Part shown: piece after piece, positions 12,401 to 24,102 of the stretch
Layout: each line of letters opens with the position of its first letter
Position numbering within the stretch: the stretch's first letter is position 1
Notes under the pieces: generated by a model
Database searches by the model: none
What the model was told of the DNA's origin: nothing
Seen by the model: the letters and a program-made list of their open reading frames with translations, nothing else
Translations under genes and position numbers: made by a program
NCBI GenBank assembly: GCA_043228905.1
Contig: JBHGNT010000011.1
Span: forward strand, 10,168,001-10,232,000
Source of the DNA: Azolla caroliniana
Lineage: Eukaryota > Plantae > Polypodiophyta
Length of the DNA stretch: 64,000 bases
Reading direction: 5' to 3'

Positions 12401-15400
12401 CTATCCCCCCTTTAAAACAACGAGTGTAACGAGTCGTTTTGGATTGAGGACCCGGTTTATCTGGATATTGACGATGGAATTAAGAAGAGCACGAGCATTG
12501 GTGACATTCTCTATCGGTTCCCAAGTACGCTCGTTGGGACTATATCCTAGCCAATCGACTAGATAGTAGAGCTTGTTGCGAACAAACTTGGAATCAAGGA
12601 TGGCGGAAACCTCGTACTCAAGTCCATCTTCAAGCTCGATCGGGGGTGGAGGCTGTGTAATACGGCCTGGGATGGTGCTCTCTTGATAGGGTTCGAGGAG
12701 AGAACTATGAAACACTGGATGTATCCGAAGTTGTGGAGGTAGATCAAGACGAAAAGCGACATCATTAATCTTTCCTATAATACGGAAAGGACCTAATCGC
12801 CGATAATCCAACTTCTCACATGGGCGAGTAGTCTTGATGTGTCGTCGGAGTAGCCATACCCGATCTCCAATGTTAAAACTAGATGGGAGTCGATGACGAT
12901 CCGCATAAACCTTGTGTGTTTGTTGAGCTTGTTGGAGATGAGTAGACAAATCCGCTTGTATCTTGCGTAACCTCTCCAAACGATCCTCTACGCAAGGATT
13001 TGTGGACACCTCTGGGGTTTCAAGTACACACCACCGGGGGTGACATCCCGTATAAGCATAAAATGGCGTAACTTTCGTGGATGCGTGGATAGAGTTGTTA
13101 TAGGCAAATTCGGCGAAGTGGAGAATATCTGCCCAGTCATCTTGATGATAGCTGAGAAGGCACCGCAAATACTGCTCCAGCGTTTGATTGGTTTGTTCGG
13201 CTTGGCCGTCAGTTTGTGGGTGGTAGCCGGAGGAGAGGTTACAAGTGACCTTGAGCATGTTAAAAAGGTGCTTCCAGAATTTTGACACGAACTGGGGTCC
13301 ACGGTCGCTGATGATACTATCGGGAAGTCCATGATGCCGACATACTTCACGCATGACAATTTCGGCAGTGTCTTCACTGGAGATCTCGTTAGTACATGGC
13401 AAGAAATGAGCCATCTTCGTATATCGATCGACCACCATTAGAATCGCATTGAACCCCTTAGAGACTAGAAGATCTGTGATGAAGTCTAGAGCAATGGACT
13501 ACCACGGCTTGCTTGGAATTGGTAATGGTTCTAATAAACCATATGGATGATGCCTTGGCATTTTCGCTCTGCAGCATGTATCACAAGTCCGAACAAAATC
13601 CTCGACAAATTGTCGCATATAGGGCCACCAGAATGATCGTTCTACTAAATGTAGTGTTTTAGTACTACCAAAATGCCCAGTTGTATATGTGTCATGACAG
13701 TTTTGTACTACTTGAAGGCGGCAAGAACCATTAGGAACATACAAAAGTTCTTTAAAGAAGAGTAATCCATCATGGTATTTGAATTGCCGATAGTCCGTAC
13801 CTGGTGGTTGCCACTGTGAACACGACGCTTGAGAGGGATCAATTTGTGCTAGTATAGCTTGGGCGAATGCATCTGTCTTCAAGTCTTCGCGTATGGTATC
13901 GATAACGCGGGAATCCATGGGCATGTCAAAGATCTGTGTTGCTTGTAGTCGTGTCGGTCCCAAGATGACTTGTTTTTGGTTATCGAAAGTTGGCTCGCCA
14001 GGACGGGGTGCTAGATACGAACGTCGTGATAATGCATCTGCCTTCCCTTGGTGCTTCCCCGGACGATATGTAATTTTGAAGTCGAAACGTGTGAGGAAGT
14101 GGGCCCACCGAGCTTGACGTCGATTCAACACACAAGCATCCTGAAAGTAGGCAAGGTTCTTGTGGTCACTAAATACGGTGACCGGATGAGAGGATCCCTC
14201 CAGAAAATGCCTCCATTGCATAAAAGAATCCACTATTGCCAATAGCTCCTTATCATGAATTTCGTAGTTGATTTCGGCGGCGTCAAGCTTGCGTGAGTGA
14301 AAAGCCACAGGATGTAGCTTCACATCATTCCCCTGTTGTGATAGAATGCTCCCCAATGCAAAATCCGATGCGTCAGCTTCGATAATGAATGGTTTTTCCG
14401 GATCGACATGAGCTAGCATTGGAGCCGATGTAAATGCCTTTTTAAGACTCTCGAAAGCCACATCCGTTTCTTCAGACCAGATGAACGGTTGTCCCTTCCT
14501 GGTAAGTTGTGTGAGAGGTAGAACGATTTTTGAGTAATCTTGTATGAACTTCCGGTAAAAATTGGCAAAGCCTAGGAAGCATTGCACATCCCGCACCAAA
14601 CGCGAAGTCTGCCATTCTACCACCGTTTTGACCTTAGCTGGGTCCATGGACATGCCTTCTGACGAAATGATGTAGCCGAGAAATTCCACTTGGTTGCATC
14701 CGAAACTACATTTTTCCAGCTTTGCATACATACCATGTTCTCAAAGTCGTTTTAGTACTAATAGTACATGAGAATCATGTTCTTCTTGGGTCTTTGACTA
14801 AACCAGTAGATCATCCAAATAGATGATCAAACAATCATCCAAAAGATCTCGGAATATATCATTAGCCATGTGCTGGAAGACTGCCAGTGCATTAGTGAGG
14901 CCAAACAGCATGACCGTATACTCGAAGTGTCCATATCTGGTGCGAAACGCGGTCTTCCATTCGTCTCCTGGTCGGATCCGTACGAGGTTATATGCTCCCC
15001 GTATGTCAATCTTCGTGAAGAACATGGCACCATTGATCCGTTCTAAAAGACTTGAGATAAGGGGAAGAACATACCTATTCCTGATTGTAACCTTATTCAG
15101 GCCACGGTAATCTACAACGAGACGAAGCGATCCATCCTTTTTCTTGACGAAGAAAATGGGCGAGCCCGCTGGAGATTTCGAATGCCGGATGAAACCATTT
15201 TCCAAATTCTCCTCTACATAGGCCCGAAGGACTTCCAGCTCGGTTGGTGACAAATTATAGATCGGTCCCCATGGCGGCTCTTTTCCCGGTTGTAAATCGA
15301 TGGGGCAATCGTACGGTCGATGATGAGGAAGTGTGTTGGCTTGTACTTTATCGAACACATCGGCGTAATGACGATACTTCTCGGGAAGTTGAACGGTGGA

Positions 15401-15946
15401 TTCTTCTTTAGTGGTGTTGGAGGGGTTTACTGATATTGCAAAGAGGAACATTTCCTCCTTGTGCCCTTCTTTACGCAACTGACGTAGCGAAATGGTTGCC
15501 ATCTTCTGAGTTGACCCTTGGGTTTGTCGACACCGGATTTCTCTTGTTCTCCAATCTATGTTTGGGTTATGTAACTCGAACCACGGTAATCCTAAAACTA
15601 TGGGATGTTCTGGGATACTAATAATATTAAATGATACTACACATGCTAAGTTATCTAGGACAATATTAATGGGCTCTGACTCTTCTATGATATTTCCGGA
15701 AGCAATGGGACGTCCATCAATGACTACTACAGAGGCTGGACACTGGAGTTTTCTTAGGGATATCTTATGAGCTTGAGCAAATTTCTTATCCATAAAGCAA
15801 GAGTTAGCTCCGGAATCTAGGAGTGCTAGGACATGTACTGGAGGGGTACTTTTAGTACTAACTATTACTTGGGCTACGAACACATCACTAACTTGCTTAG
15901 AGGGAATGGAACCACTAATGGGCTGCACAGATCTAGGGTTGTCCAA
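12401..15946 (-). pseudogene. pol: pol of the Tcn1-like chromovirus (PR-RT-RH-INT-chromodomain) with a few in-frame stops
   Basis: ORFs 14798-15946, 13499-14731 and 12401-13438 are in the same frame. The C-terminus has the chromodomain EYEVSAILD...YLVDWLGY...TWEP. Confidence 0.93.
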
Positions 15947-16099
15947 CCAAACGGCTCCTATTTTGGCTGGACTTAGTCGTTTAACTCTTCTTCTAACTAA
16001 CTAAGGACATCAAATCTGTTCGCTAGATCTGGGCTATTAGGACTATCAGATATCCCTACTGAAATAGGCTCGGGTTTAGTACAATTAGAACTAACGACT

Positions 16100-17115
16100 A
16101 TTTGGTTTACCTGTCTTCTTGGCCTATGGGGGCAATTTATTGCAATATGTCCTGGTCCACCGCAGTAAAGACATAGTCGATTTGTACGGCGTCACTGCTT
16201 TTCTTCTTCAGATAATGGCCCTCGACGACGTGTAGTGTCAATCTCCGTCGGAGTCGGAGTATTCGCTGGAGGCACATTATATGACTCCCTCGGAAAAGGT
16301 CTTGCTACCACTGAGGCGTAGGTGGGCTCTGATCTTGCCCTCGGCATCTGTAGCTGTCGTTTCGAACGTCGCTCAAAGAGGCGGTTGTCACATCTCACCG
16401 CGCGACTGATTGCTTCTGTTAAGGACTTTGGCTCTTCGGGGAAGGTCAAGAGTAAATCCTTGACGTCGTTGCGTAAACCATAACGAAATTGCTCCATCAA
16501 CGCTTGATCATCCCAAGGGATATCGGCGGCGAGTAGGCAAAAATCTGCAGCGTATGCGGAGGCTGGACGGTCACCTTGGCGTAATCGCCGAATTTTGTTG
16601 ATTGCGGTCCTGATGCTGTCAGTATCTCCGAAACATGCTTTAAACTCACCTAGAAACTCTTCAAAATTGTTGAGTAACGGAGATTCCTTCTCTAATAGTG
16701 GAGCGAACCATGCCAACGCTGAGCCACTTAACAAAGTGCCTACTAAACCCACTCGTGATGCATCGGTGGGATATCGGGAAGGATGCATTTGAATAACTAA
16801 TCGTACCTGGTTAAGGAACCCTCTAAACTGCGATCGCGTTCCATCGAACTTCGTGGGAAGGCCAATCTTGGGTTCTTTATGAATCCCTTGTGTTCTGGGC
16901 CCTTGTTGTTGCATCGCTACGATGGTTGCTTCGAGTTGTTGCACGCATAACGCAAGTTCCCCATGCTGTTGTTGCGTTTGCTGCTTTTCTAAGGAGATTT
17001 GCTGAAGATCCCCCAGCAACCGTTGGTTTTCTTGTTCCAAAGCATGGAACTTCTCTTTCAAGCATTGAAATTCTGAGAAAACAGATTGATATTCTTCAGC
17101 GCTAACAGTGGCCAT
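16100..17115 (-). pseudogene. gag: gag of the Tcn1-like chromovirus (coiled coil, retrotransposon gag core, CCHC zinc knuckle after a premature stop)
   Basis: ORF 16192-17115 (PTKFDGTRSQFRGF, LRQG, FRYGL). CLYCGGPGHIAINC follows the TGA. Confidence 0.9.
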
Positions 17116-17175
17116 GGGATGAAAGAAAAGAGGAATAAGAGATTAGTAGGAAATGAGAGAGACAGAAGGTGGGGA

Positions 17176-17189
17176 AAATCGGTTCAAAC
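17176..17189 (-). promoter_or_regulatory. Self-priming-type primer binding site (complementary to the element's own R region rather than to a tRNA)
   Basis: The minus strand after the 5' LTR reads GTTTGAACCGATTT. It is complementary to AAATCGGTTCAA in the LTR (12172-12183), 33 nt downstream of TATAAAA. Confidence 0.8.
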
Positions 17190-18142
17190 TGTCAGGAACA
17201 GTACTAAGATAGAGAAGGACTTAGTACTAAAAGAAGTATTAGTACTAAGAGAGGTGAAAAACTCTCGAGAGAAGGAAAGAGTGAGTGAGAGGGAGAGAGA
17301 GAGAGTGAGAGAGAGTGAGAGAGTGATGATAAGAAAAGATATATATTATGTGAAGAAAATGTACAGTAGCTAGGAGGCTTAAGACTGGCGTTGAACCAAT
17401 TTGGTTCGAAATAAGGCCTTGTGTCTCCTTTTATAGTGTTCTAAGGAATACTCCTGAAGTTTCTAGAATGTTCCAAAGAAATCTGGAATATACATCAATT
17501 TTCTATAATAAAACATAAATCAAAATAATATTTTATGTATTACAATGTATAATCTAATGGTCAAGAGCTCGACCCATGTAGCATAAGGTCATGGGTTCGA
17601 GTCTTGCCATATCATGACACGCACCATATTATGCACTCAATGTTGAGCTTGTTCCTCAATAGAAACAAATTGTGGTCCTCGATCAGAAGTGATATCGTTC
17701 GGGAGTCCATGTAGTCGAACCACATTTTTGAAAAACAAATCGACTGTCTGCTCTCCGGTAATGGTTTTGGCACATGGAGCAAAATGAGTCATCTTGGTGA
17801 AGTGATTGACCATGACGAATATCGAGTCATAACCACCAAGAAAGGAAGGTCAGTGATGAAGTCCATGGAAAGAGAGCCCAAGGTCGTTTGGGGATTGGGA
17901 GAGGGCGAAGGAGACCATATGGTCGATGATGAGATGCTTTAGTGTGAGCACAAACTTCGCATAACTTAACGAACTCTTTGACCAATTTCCATGTTGTGGC
18001 CACTAGTATCCTGGAGATATCAACTCCAAGGTTTTCACAACGCCAAAATGACCAACAAGTGGATCATCGTAACACTCGTGAAGTACCCTTGTCCGACAAG
18101 GACCTTCTGGGACATACAAAAGATTATCTCGAAACAAAAGAT

Positions 18143-21100
18143 TGTTGAGTGACAAGCTCAACATTAGGTGCGTAATATGACGTAACCTAGTGCGTAGACT
18201 AGACGTGTAAGTTAGTACACACAACTTGGCCGTATCGGTGCGTAAACCGAAAGGCCGTTGGAGCGTTATTCCTCGTAAAGGAATAGTTTTGGGAGTTAGT
18301 GTAGTTGGCTCATTTATGAGCGGTCAAGTACTGTCAGTACTTGTGTCAACCCGATTGTCAGGGCTTGTATATAAGGTGCTCACTGAGCACGAAGTATGTA
18401 CAGAACAAAGTATTATCATTTTGAATAGAACTGAGTTGTCTGCTCTCTCTGTCTCGCTCCCTCTCCATCTCCATCTCTACGTTTTCTGTGTTTTACCGAA
18501 CTGTCTTATTCCTCCGAACTGTGCACTCTGTGTTTCGCATACGCTTCCACACACGCTATTCTTTTACATGGTATCAGAGCGCAAGGGTTGAAGTCCTCTA
18601 CAGCCGACAAGAAACACTTGCGACAAAACAGAGTTGAAGTTGTTCGGAGCAGAAAAAGACAGCAATATGGATAGAGGAATGGGAAGCTCACTTCTGACTG
18701 AAAAGCTTGACAGAAGAAACTACGCATCTTGGTCTTACAAGATGCACTAGTACCTGCTTGGCCATGGCTACTGGAGTTATGTCGAAGGAGCAAACGATGT
18801 GGCACTCGACTCGACACACAAGGACTATCTGGCTTGGGAACAAGCGGCAAGCAGAGTGTTGTATTGCTTCACGTCCTGTGTGAGTGATCAACTTTTGAGC
18901 TATATTAGGGATGCCAAGACGCCGAAGGACGCGTGGGCGAATCTCAAAAGGATTTTCGCTGCCAGCACAACGGTCAGAAAGCTGTAGCTCAGATAGGAGC
19001 TCAGCAATGTATGACAAAGAGATATGTCAGTGGTTGATTACACCACCAAGATCAAAGAAATCGGTGACTCTCTCGGCTCCATCAACGTGAACGTCGAGGA
19101 AGATGAAATGGTGCAGGTTTGTCTTGGTGGCTTGGCATCAAAGTTCGGACCTTTCCGAACGGCAGTCTGCACGAGGGAGATTACGCCTTTGTTTTTTGAG
19201 CTTCAGCCAATGTTGCTCATAGAAGAAAACCACGCAGGTGTGTCGATGAGTGCGCACGCCGATGGCAAGATGCTTTACACGGAGGATGATAGGCCCCGTG
19301 GTCGTGGTGGACGAGGCGAATCGGCACGCAATGGAGGCGGCAAGAGCAGAATGTACGGCATAATCGAGATGCTGGAAGCAATTCCAAACCCTCCGGAAGC
19401 AGGAGGAGTCAGGGCGGCGCCGCAAGACGGCAAGAGAAGGCCGTGTCAGAATGTTGGTACTATGGCAAGAAAGGCCACAAGGAGAGCGAGTGCTGGAAGA
19501 AACAAGTCGACTCGGACAAAGCTGGACCGAGCGGAAGAGACGCAGGAAGGCGTCAAAGATCGCACTACGTTGAGGGCTCCGAACAGGCCGGAAATGGAGC
19601 GGGCCCTGCTTCCGTAATGACACATAAAGCCAATTCAATGGTCGTGAACACCTTGAAATCATATGATGAGCCATGATGAGCCATGAGGAATGGTTCTCAT
19701 ACTTGGAGAAGGCGGAATCACGAGGGGTTGTCGAAACGGGAGATGACACCCCGCATACCATCAAACCTGTCGATGAAGTTCCCCTCAGCCATGTCGGGCA
19801 GAAAGGGAAGCTTATGAATGTGTTGCATGTCCCGACAATAATGAAGAACTTGGTGTTGGTCAGTCAGATCGTCGACCAAGGTATGCAAGTTCGATTCACG
19901 CACCTCAACTGCTTCATAGAAGAGGAAGGCAAAGTGATCGCGCAAGGGCGCCGTGAAGGGAGGATGTTTATCCTCGAAACCAATAATGTGGGCACCGCAA
20001 TGTTCGCGAGAGGACAGAAGGTCGAGTCGAATATCCACCTGTGGCACAAGCAGTTCGGGCACGTAAATTTCCCGCGGCTTTGTGAGATGCAAACGAAGAA
20101 CATCGTTTTCGGATTGCCGAAATTTCGGGGCCGTAATGCCCAAGTCTGTGAAGCCTGTCAGATGGGAAAATAACACCGACTTCCTTTCCCCAACGAGCGT
20201 AATCGGAGCCGTAATCCGCGCAATTTGATCCATTTGGATGTGTGGGGACCGACATAGAACGTGAGTCTCGTTGGAAGCCGTTACTTTGTAACCTTCATCG
20301 ATGATATCACTCGGCACACGTGGGCATGCACAATCGCAAAGAAGAGCGAAGTTTTCGCATGTTTCTTGGAGGTGAAGAGCCTCGTAGAAAGGGAAATAGG
20401 GCATAAGATCAAATGCCTACGGTCTGATGGCGGGAAGGAGTACTTCTCCGACAAGTTCACATGTTATCTACAGAAGGAGGGAATTCGACGCGAATTCTTG
20501 TATAGATACACGCCGCAGCAGAACGGTGTGGCCGAGCAGAAGAATCAGACAATTGAAGAAGCGGCCATGGCAATGCTTGAAGAGAAGCATATGTCCTAAT
20601 TCTATTGGGCTGAAGCCGTGAAGACGACTGTCTACTTGCAGAATCAGACTTCTGCTAATGGAGGAGTGTTGCCACATGAGTTGTATTTCGGGAAGAAGCC
20701 GAACTTGGCACACTTGAGGATTTTCGGTAGCATCGCGTATGTGCACGTGCCGAAGGAAAAAAGGAAGAAGCTGGACGCGAAAGCCAAGAAGTGTATCTTG
20801 GTCGGCTATTTGGATGAGCAGAAGGGTTATAAGTGTTATAACCCACGCACCAAACAAGCGCGCGTAAGCCGCGACGTTGTGTTTGACGAGTCCGCGTCCT
20901 GGTACTTGCCTCTGAACTTGGCACACTTGAGGATTTTCAGCAGCATTGCGTATGTGCACGTGCCGAAGGAGAAAAGGAGGAAGCTGGATGCCAAAGCCGA
21001 GAAATGTATCTTGGTCGGCTATTCAGACGAGCAGAAGGGGTATAAGTGCTATAACCCCCAAACGAAGGAAGCGCGCGTAAGCCGCGATGTTGTATTTGAC

Positions 21101-24100
21101 GAGTCCGCTTTGTGGTACTTGCCTTCTCCTCCAGAACCTCACGACTCCATTTCGATTTCTGAAGAAGAAATCAGCAAGGCTGAAATGCCTCTGCATGATG
21201 AGGACATCGGAGCTCTGAGAGAGAGTTTGATCTCATTTCGGCTAAGCGAGCCGAATGAGGGGTTGGGCTGAGATAGCCAACCAGATGACGAGTCGGCGAG
21301 TAGTGGAGACTCAGTCGTGCCTTCCCTACGCAGGAAGCCGAGGAGACGGTTTACGCGCAAGGAGAAGGGGAAGAAGAAGACGTTGGAATACAATTTCGGT
21401 AGTGCCAAGTCAATTCGAAGCCAATCTGACCTCGAGCCAGGCGAGAAGGAACCTCCACGGAAGAGGTCGAAATCGACTGAAAAGATCACGAAATCGGGTA
21501 ATCACGAATTACGTTGATCTACCCGCTAGAAGAATCTTGTGAAGAGGTACGAGTATAATGAGTATATGGCACACCATTACACATACATGACGCGAGTGAC
21601 AAAAGTGCATGAGCCGGAGAGCTACGCAGAAGCGGCGAAGGACGCAAATTGGCGTGCCGCAATGGAGGAAGAGATGCGCGCCTTAACGTAGAACAAGACA
21701 TGGGACCTAATTGACGCACCGAAGGGGGTGAAGCCGATTGGCTGCTGGTGGGTGTATAAAGTGAAACTCAACACGGACGACTTCGTCAACAGCTCCAAGG
21801 CCCGTTTAGTAACTAAAGGCTATGCACAGAAGCACGACGTGGACTATGATGAGACCTTCACGCCTGTCACGAAGATGACTACCGTGCGAGTCCTACTAGC
21901 CGTAGCAGCGGCAAAGGGGTGGCACTTACATCAGCTGGATGTAAAGAATGCGTTCCTGCAAGGTGATCTTGAGGAGCAGGTGTACATGATACATCCCCCG
22001 GGATTTCTATCCGAACAAAACACCTTGGCAGTCTGCCGATTGAAGAAGTCATTGTACGGATTTAAGCAAGCCCCACGAGCCTGGAACACGAAGATTACGC
22101 AACAGCTGCGTAGGATGGGTTTTTCGACATCGAAGTCTGCCTGTTCATTATTTGTTCAACAAAGTTGACATGGCCCGGTTAGCCTTCTATTGTATGTTGA
22201 TGATTTAGTCATCGTCGGTGCCGATCTAGACAAAATCCGTCGCGTGAAGCCTCAGCTTGCGGCATCGTTTGAAATGAAGGATCTCGTAGACCTTCATTAC
22301 TTCCTTGGGATCGAAGTGATCCGGACCTCCGAAGGCATATTGATCAGCCAGTGTCATTACACGCTGAATATGCTCTTCAAGTTCGGGATGGCAAACTATA
22401 AGCCCATCTCGACCCCTCTGGATAGGAACGTAAAGCTTCGCCAAGATTCGCGAAAGGCGTGCGACCCAACACGGTTCCAATAGATTGTCGGAAGCCTCAT
22501 CTATTTGACTATTACTCGGTCGGACCTCAGTTACCCAGTCAGGCTCATTAGTCAATTCATGTCGTAGCCTACGGCCGAACACTTTCAGTGCGTGCAAAGG
22601 ATATTGCGTTATGCCAACGGCACGAAAGACATGGTGTTGTTTTATCGGGCAGGCGTAGCCAAACAATTAGTCGGCTACACGGATGCCGATTGGGCCGGAA
22701 ACATCCACGATCTTCGATCCACATTTGAATATGCATTCTCATTAGGAAGTGCGCAATCGCGTGGAGTAGCAAAAAGTAGCCGATAGTAGCACTGTCGAGT
22801 ACGGAGGCCGAATATCGAGGGGTGATTGTCGCTCCGTGCGAAGTCATTTGGCTGAAACGGCTATTACGGGATCTAGAAGTAGAGGTTTCTGATCCGACGA
22901 CGATCTATTGCGACAACCACAATAGTATCCACCTTGCGAAAAAACCCCGTGTTCCACGCCCGGACCAAGCACATTGAGGTGCATTACCATTTTGTCTGCG
23001 AGTGGGTCCTTTCAGGAGAAGTCGAATTGGTGCATGTTTCGATTGATTGGTAGGTTGCCGACATCTTCACGAAACCTCTTGGTCTCGACAAGTTACGACA
23101 TTTCTCAGGTGCACTTGGGTTGCATCACCTCGACACGCCGACCTTGAGGGGGAGAAAGGAAGAACAGGGACAAGAGCGTGAAAGGAGCAGAGGTAAGCAT
23201 CACGACGGAAGTGACCGAGATGCGGAGTCGGATGGAGAATTTGACTTCGAACCGGCTGAAGAAGCCGAAGACGGAAGCAAGGGCCGTAAGCATAAGAAGG
23301 AGCCGAGGATAGCCGAAATAGGGGGAGATAAGGCCAAGACTAAGATGTGGTCGAATGTTGTCAAGAGACGAATTGGAGACAGCCAATTCGGATGAGAGCG
23401 GAATTGAATCGGAAGTGTTCGATTCAATTGAAATGTTCGATTCAGATATGCCGAATCAACTGAAGGCCATGCGGAAAAAAGGGCAATGAAGGACACGTTG
23501 ACACCGCGACAGCAAAGGAGCTAAGAAGAGCCGAACGAGCAGACAAGCCGACTGAAAGGGTCGAAGCGCGCGGAATCGAACGGGTCAAGGAGCGCGAGTG
23601 AAGTGTAAAGCCAGAAGGAATCGGAGCATAGATCCAGCGGAGCAAGTGGAACCTCAAGTTGAGCTTGAGGGGGAGTGTTGAGTGACAAGCTCAACATTGG
23701 GTGCGTAATACGACGTGTAACCCAGTGCGTAGACTAGACGCATAAGTTAGTACGCACAACTTGGTTGTATCGATGCGTAAACCGAAAGGATGTTGGAGCG
23801 TTATTCCTCGTAAAGGAATAGTTTTGGGAGTTAGTGTAGTTGGCTCATTTATGAGCGGTCAAGTACTGTCAGTACTTGTGTCAGCCCGATTGTCAGGGCT
23901 TGTATATAAGGTGCTCACTGAGCACGAAGTATGTACAGAACAGAGTATTATCATTTTGAATAGAACTGAGTTGTCTGCTCTCTCTGTCTCGCTCCCTCTC
24001 CCTCTCCATCTTTGCGTTTCTGTGTTTTACCGAACTGTCTTATTCCTCCGAACTGTGTACTCTGTGTTTCGCATATGCTTCCGCACACGCTATTCTTTTA

Positions 24101-24102
24101 CA
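18143..24102 (+). mobile_element. Full-length decayed Ty1/Copia element (copy B, same family as A); LTRs 18143-18568 and 23676-24102
   Basis: TSD AAGAT, PBS TGGTATCAGAGC (18569-18580), PPT TTGAGGGGGAG. The gag-INT-RT-RH motifs carry many stops. Confidence 0.97.

Larger units (their letters stand above)
11975..17619 (-). mobile_element. Full-length Tcn1-like chromovirus (Ty3/Gypsy); LTRs 17190-17619 (5') and 11975-12400 (3')
   Basis: TG...CA LTRs that are nearly identical, TSD CGCAC (11970-11974 and 17620-17624), PPT AAAGGGGGGATAG. Contains gag, protease (LLDSGA), RT (YLDD), RNase H, integrase and chromodomain. Confidence 0.97.
6367..17661 (-). mobile_element. Full-length decayed Ty1/Copia element (copy A); 5' LTR 11603-17661 split by a chromovirus, 3' LTR 6367-6700
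   Basis: TSD GAAAC (6362-6366 and 17662-17666). PBS TGGTATCAGAAC (tRNA-iMet) at 11591-11602. PPT TTGAGGGGGAG. Order is gag (CWYCGKKGH), protease (WYVDS), integrase (RSDGGKEY), RT, RNase H. Confidence 0.95.
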
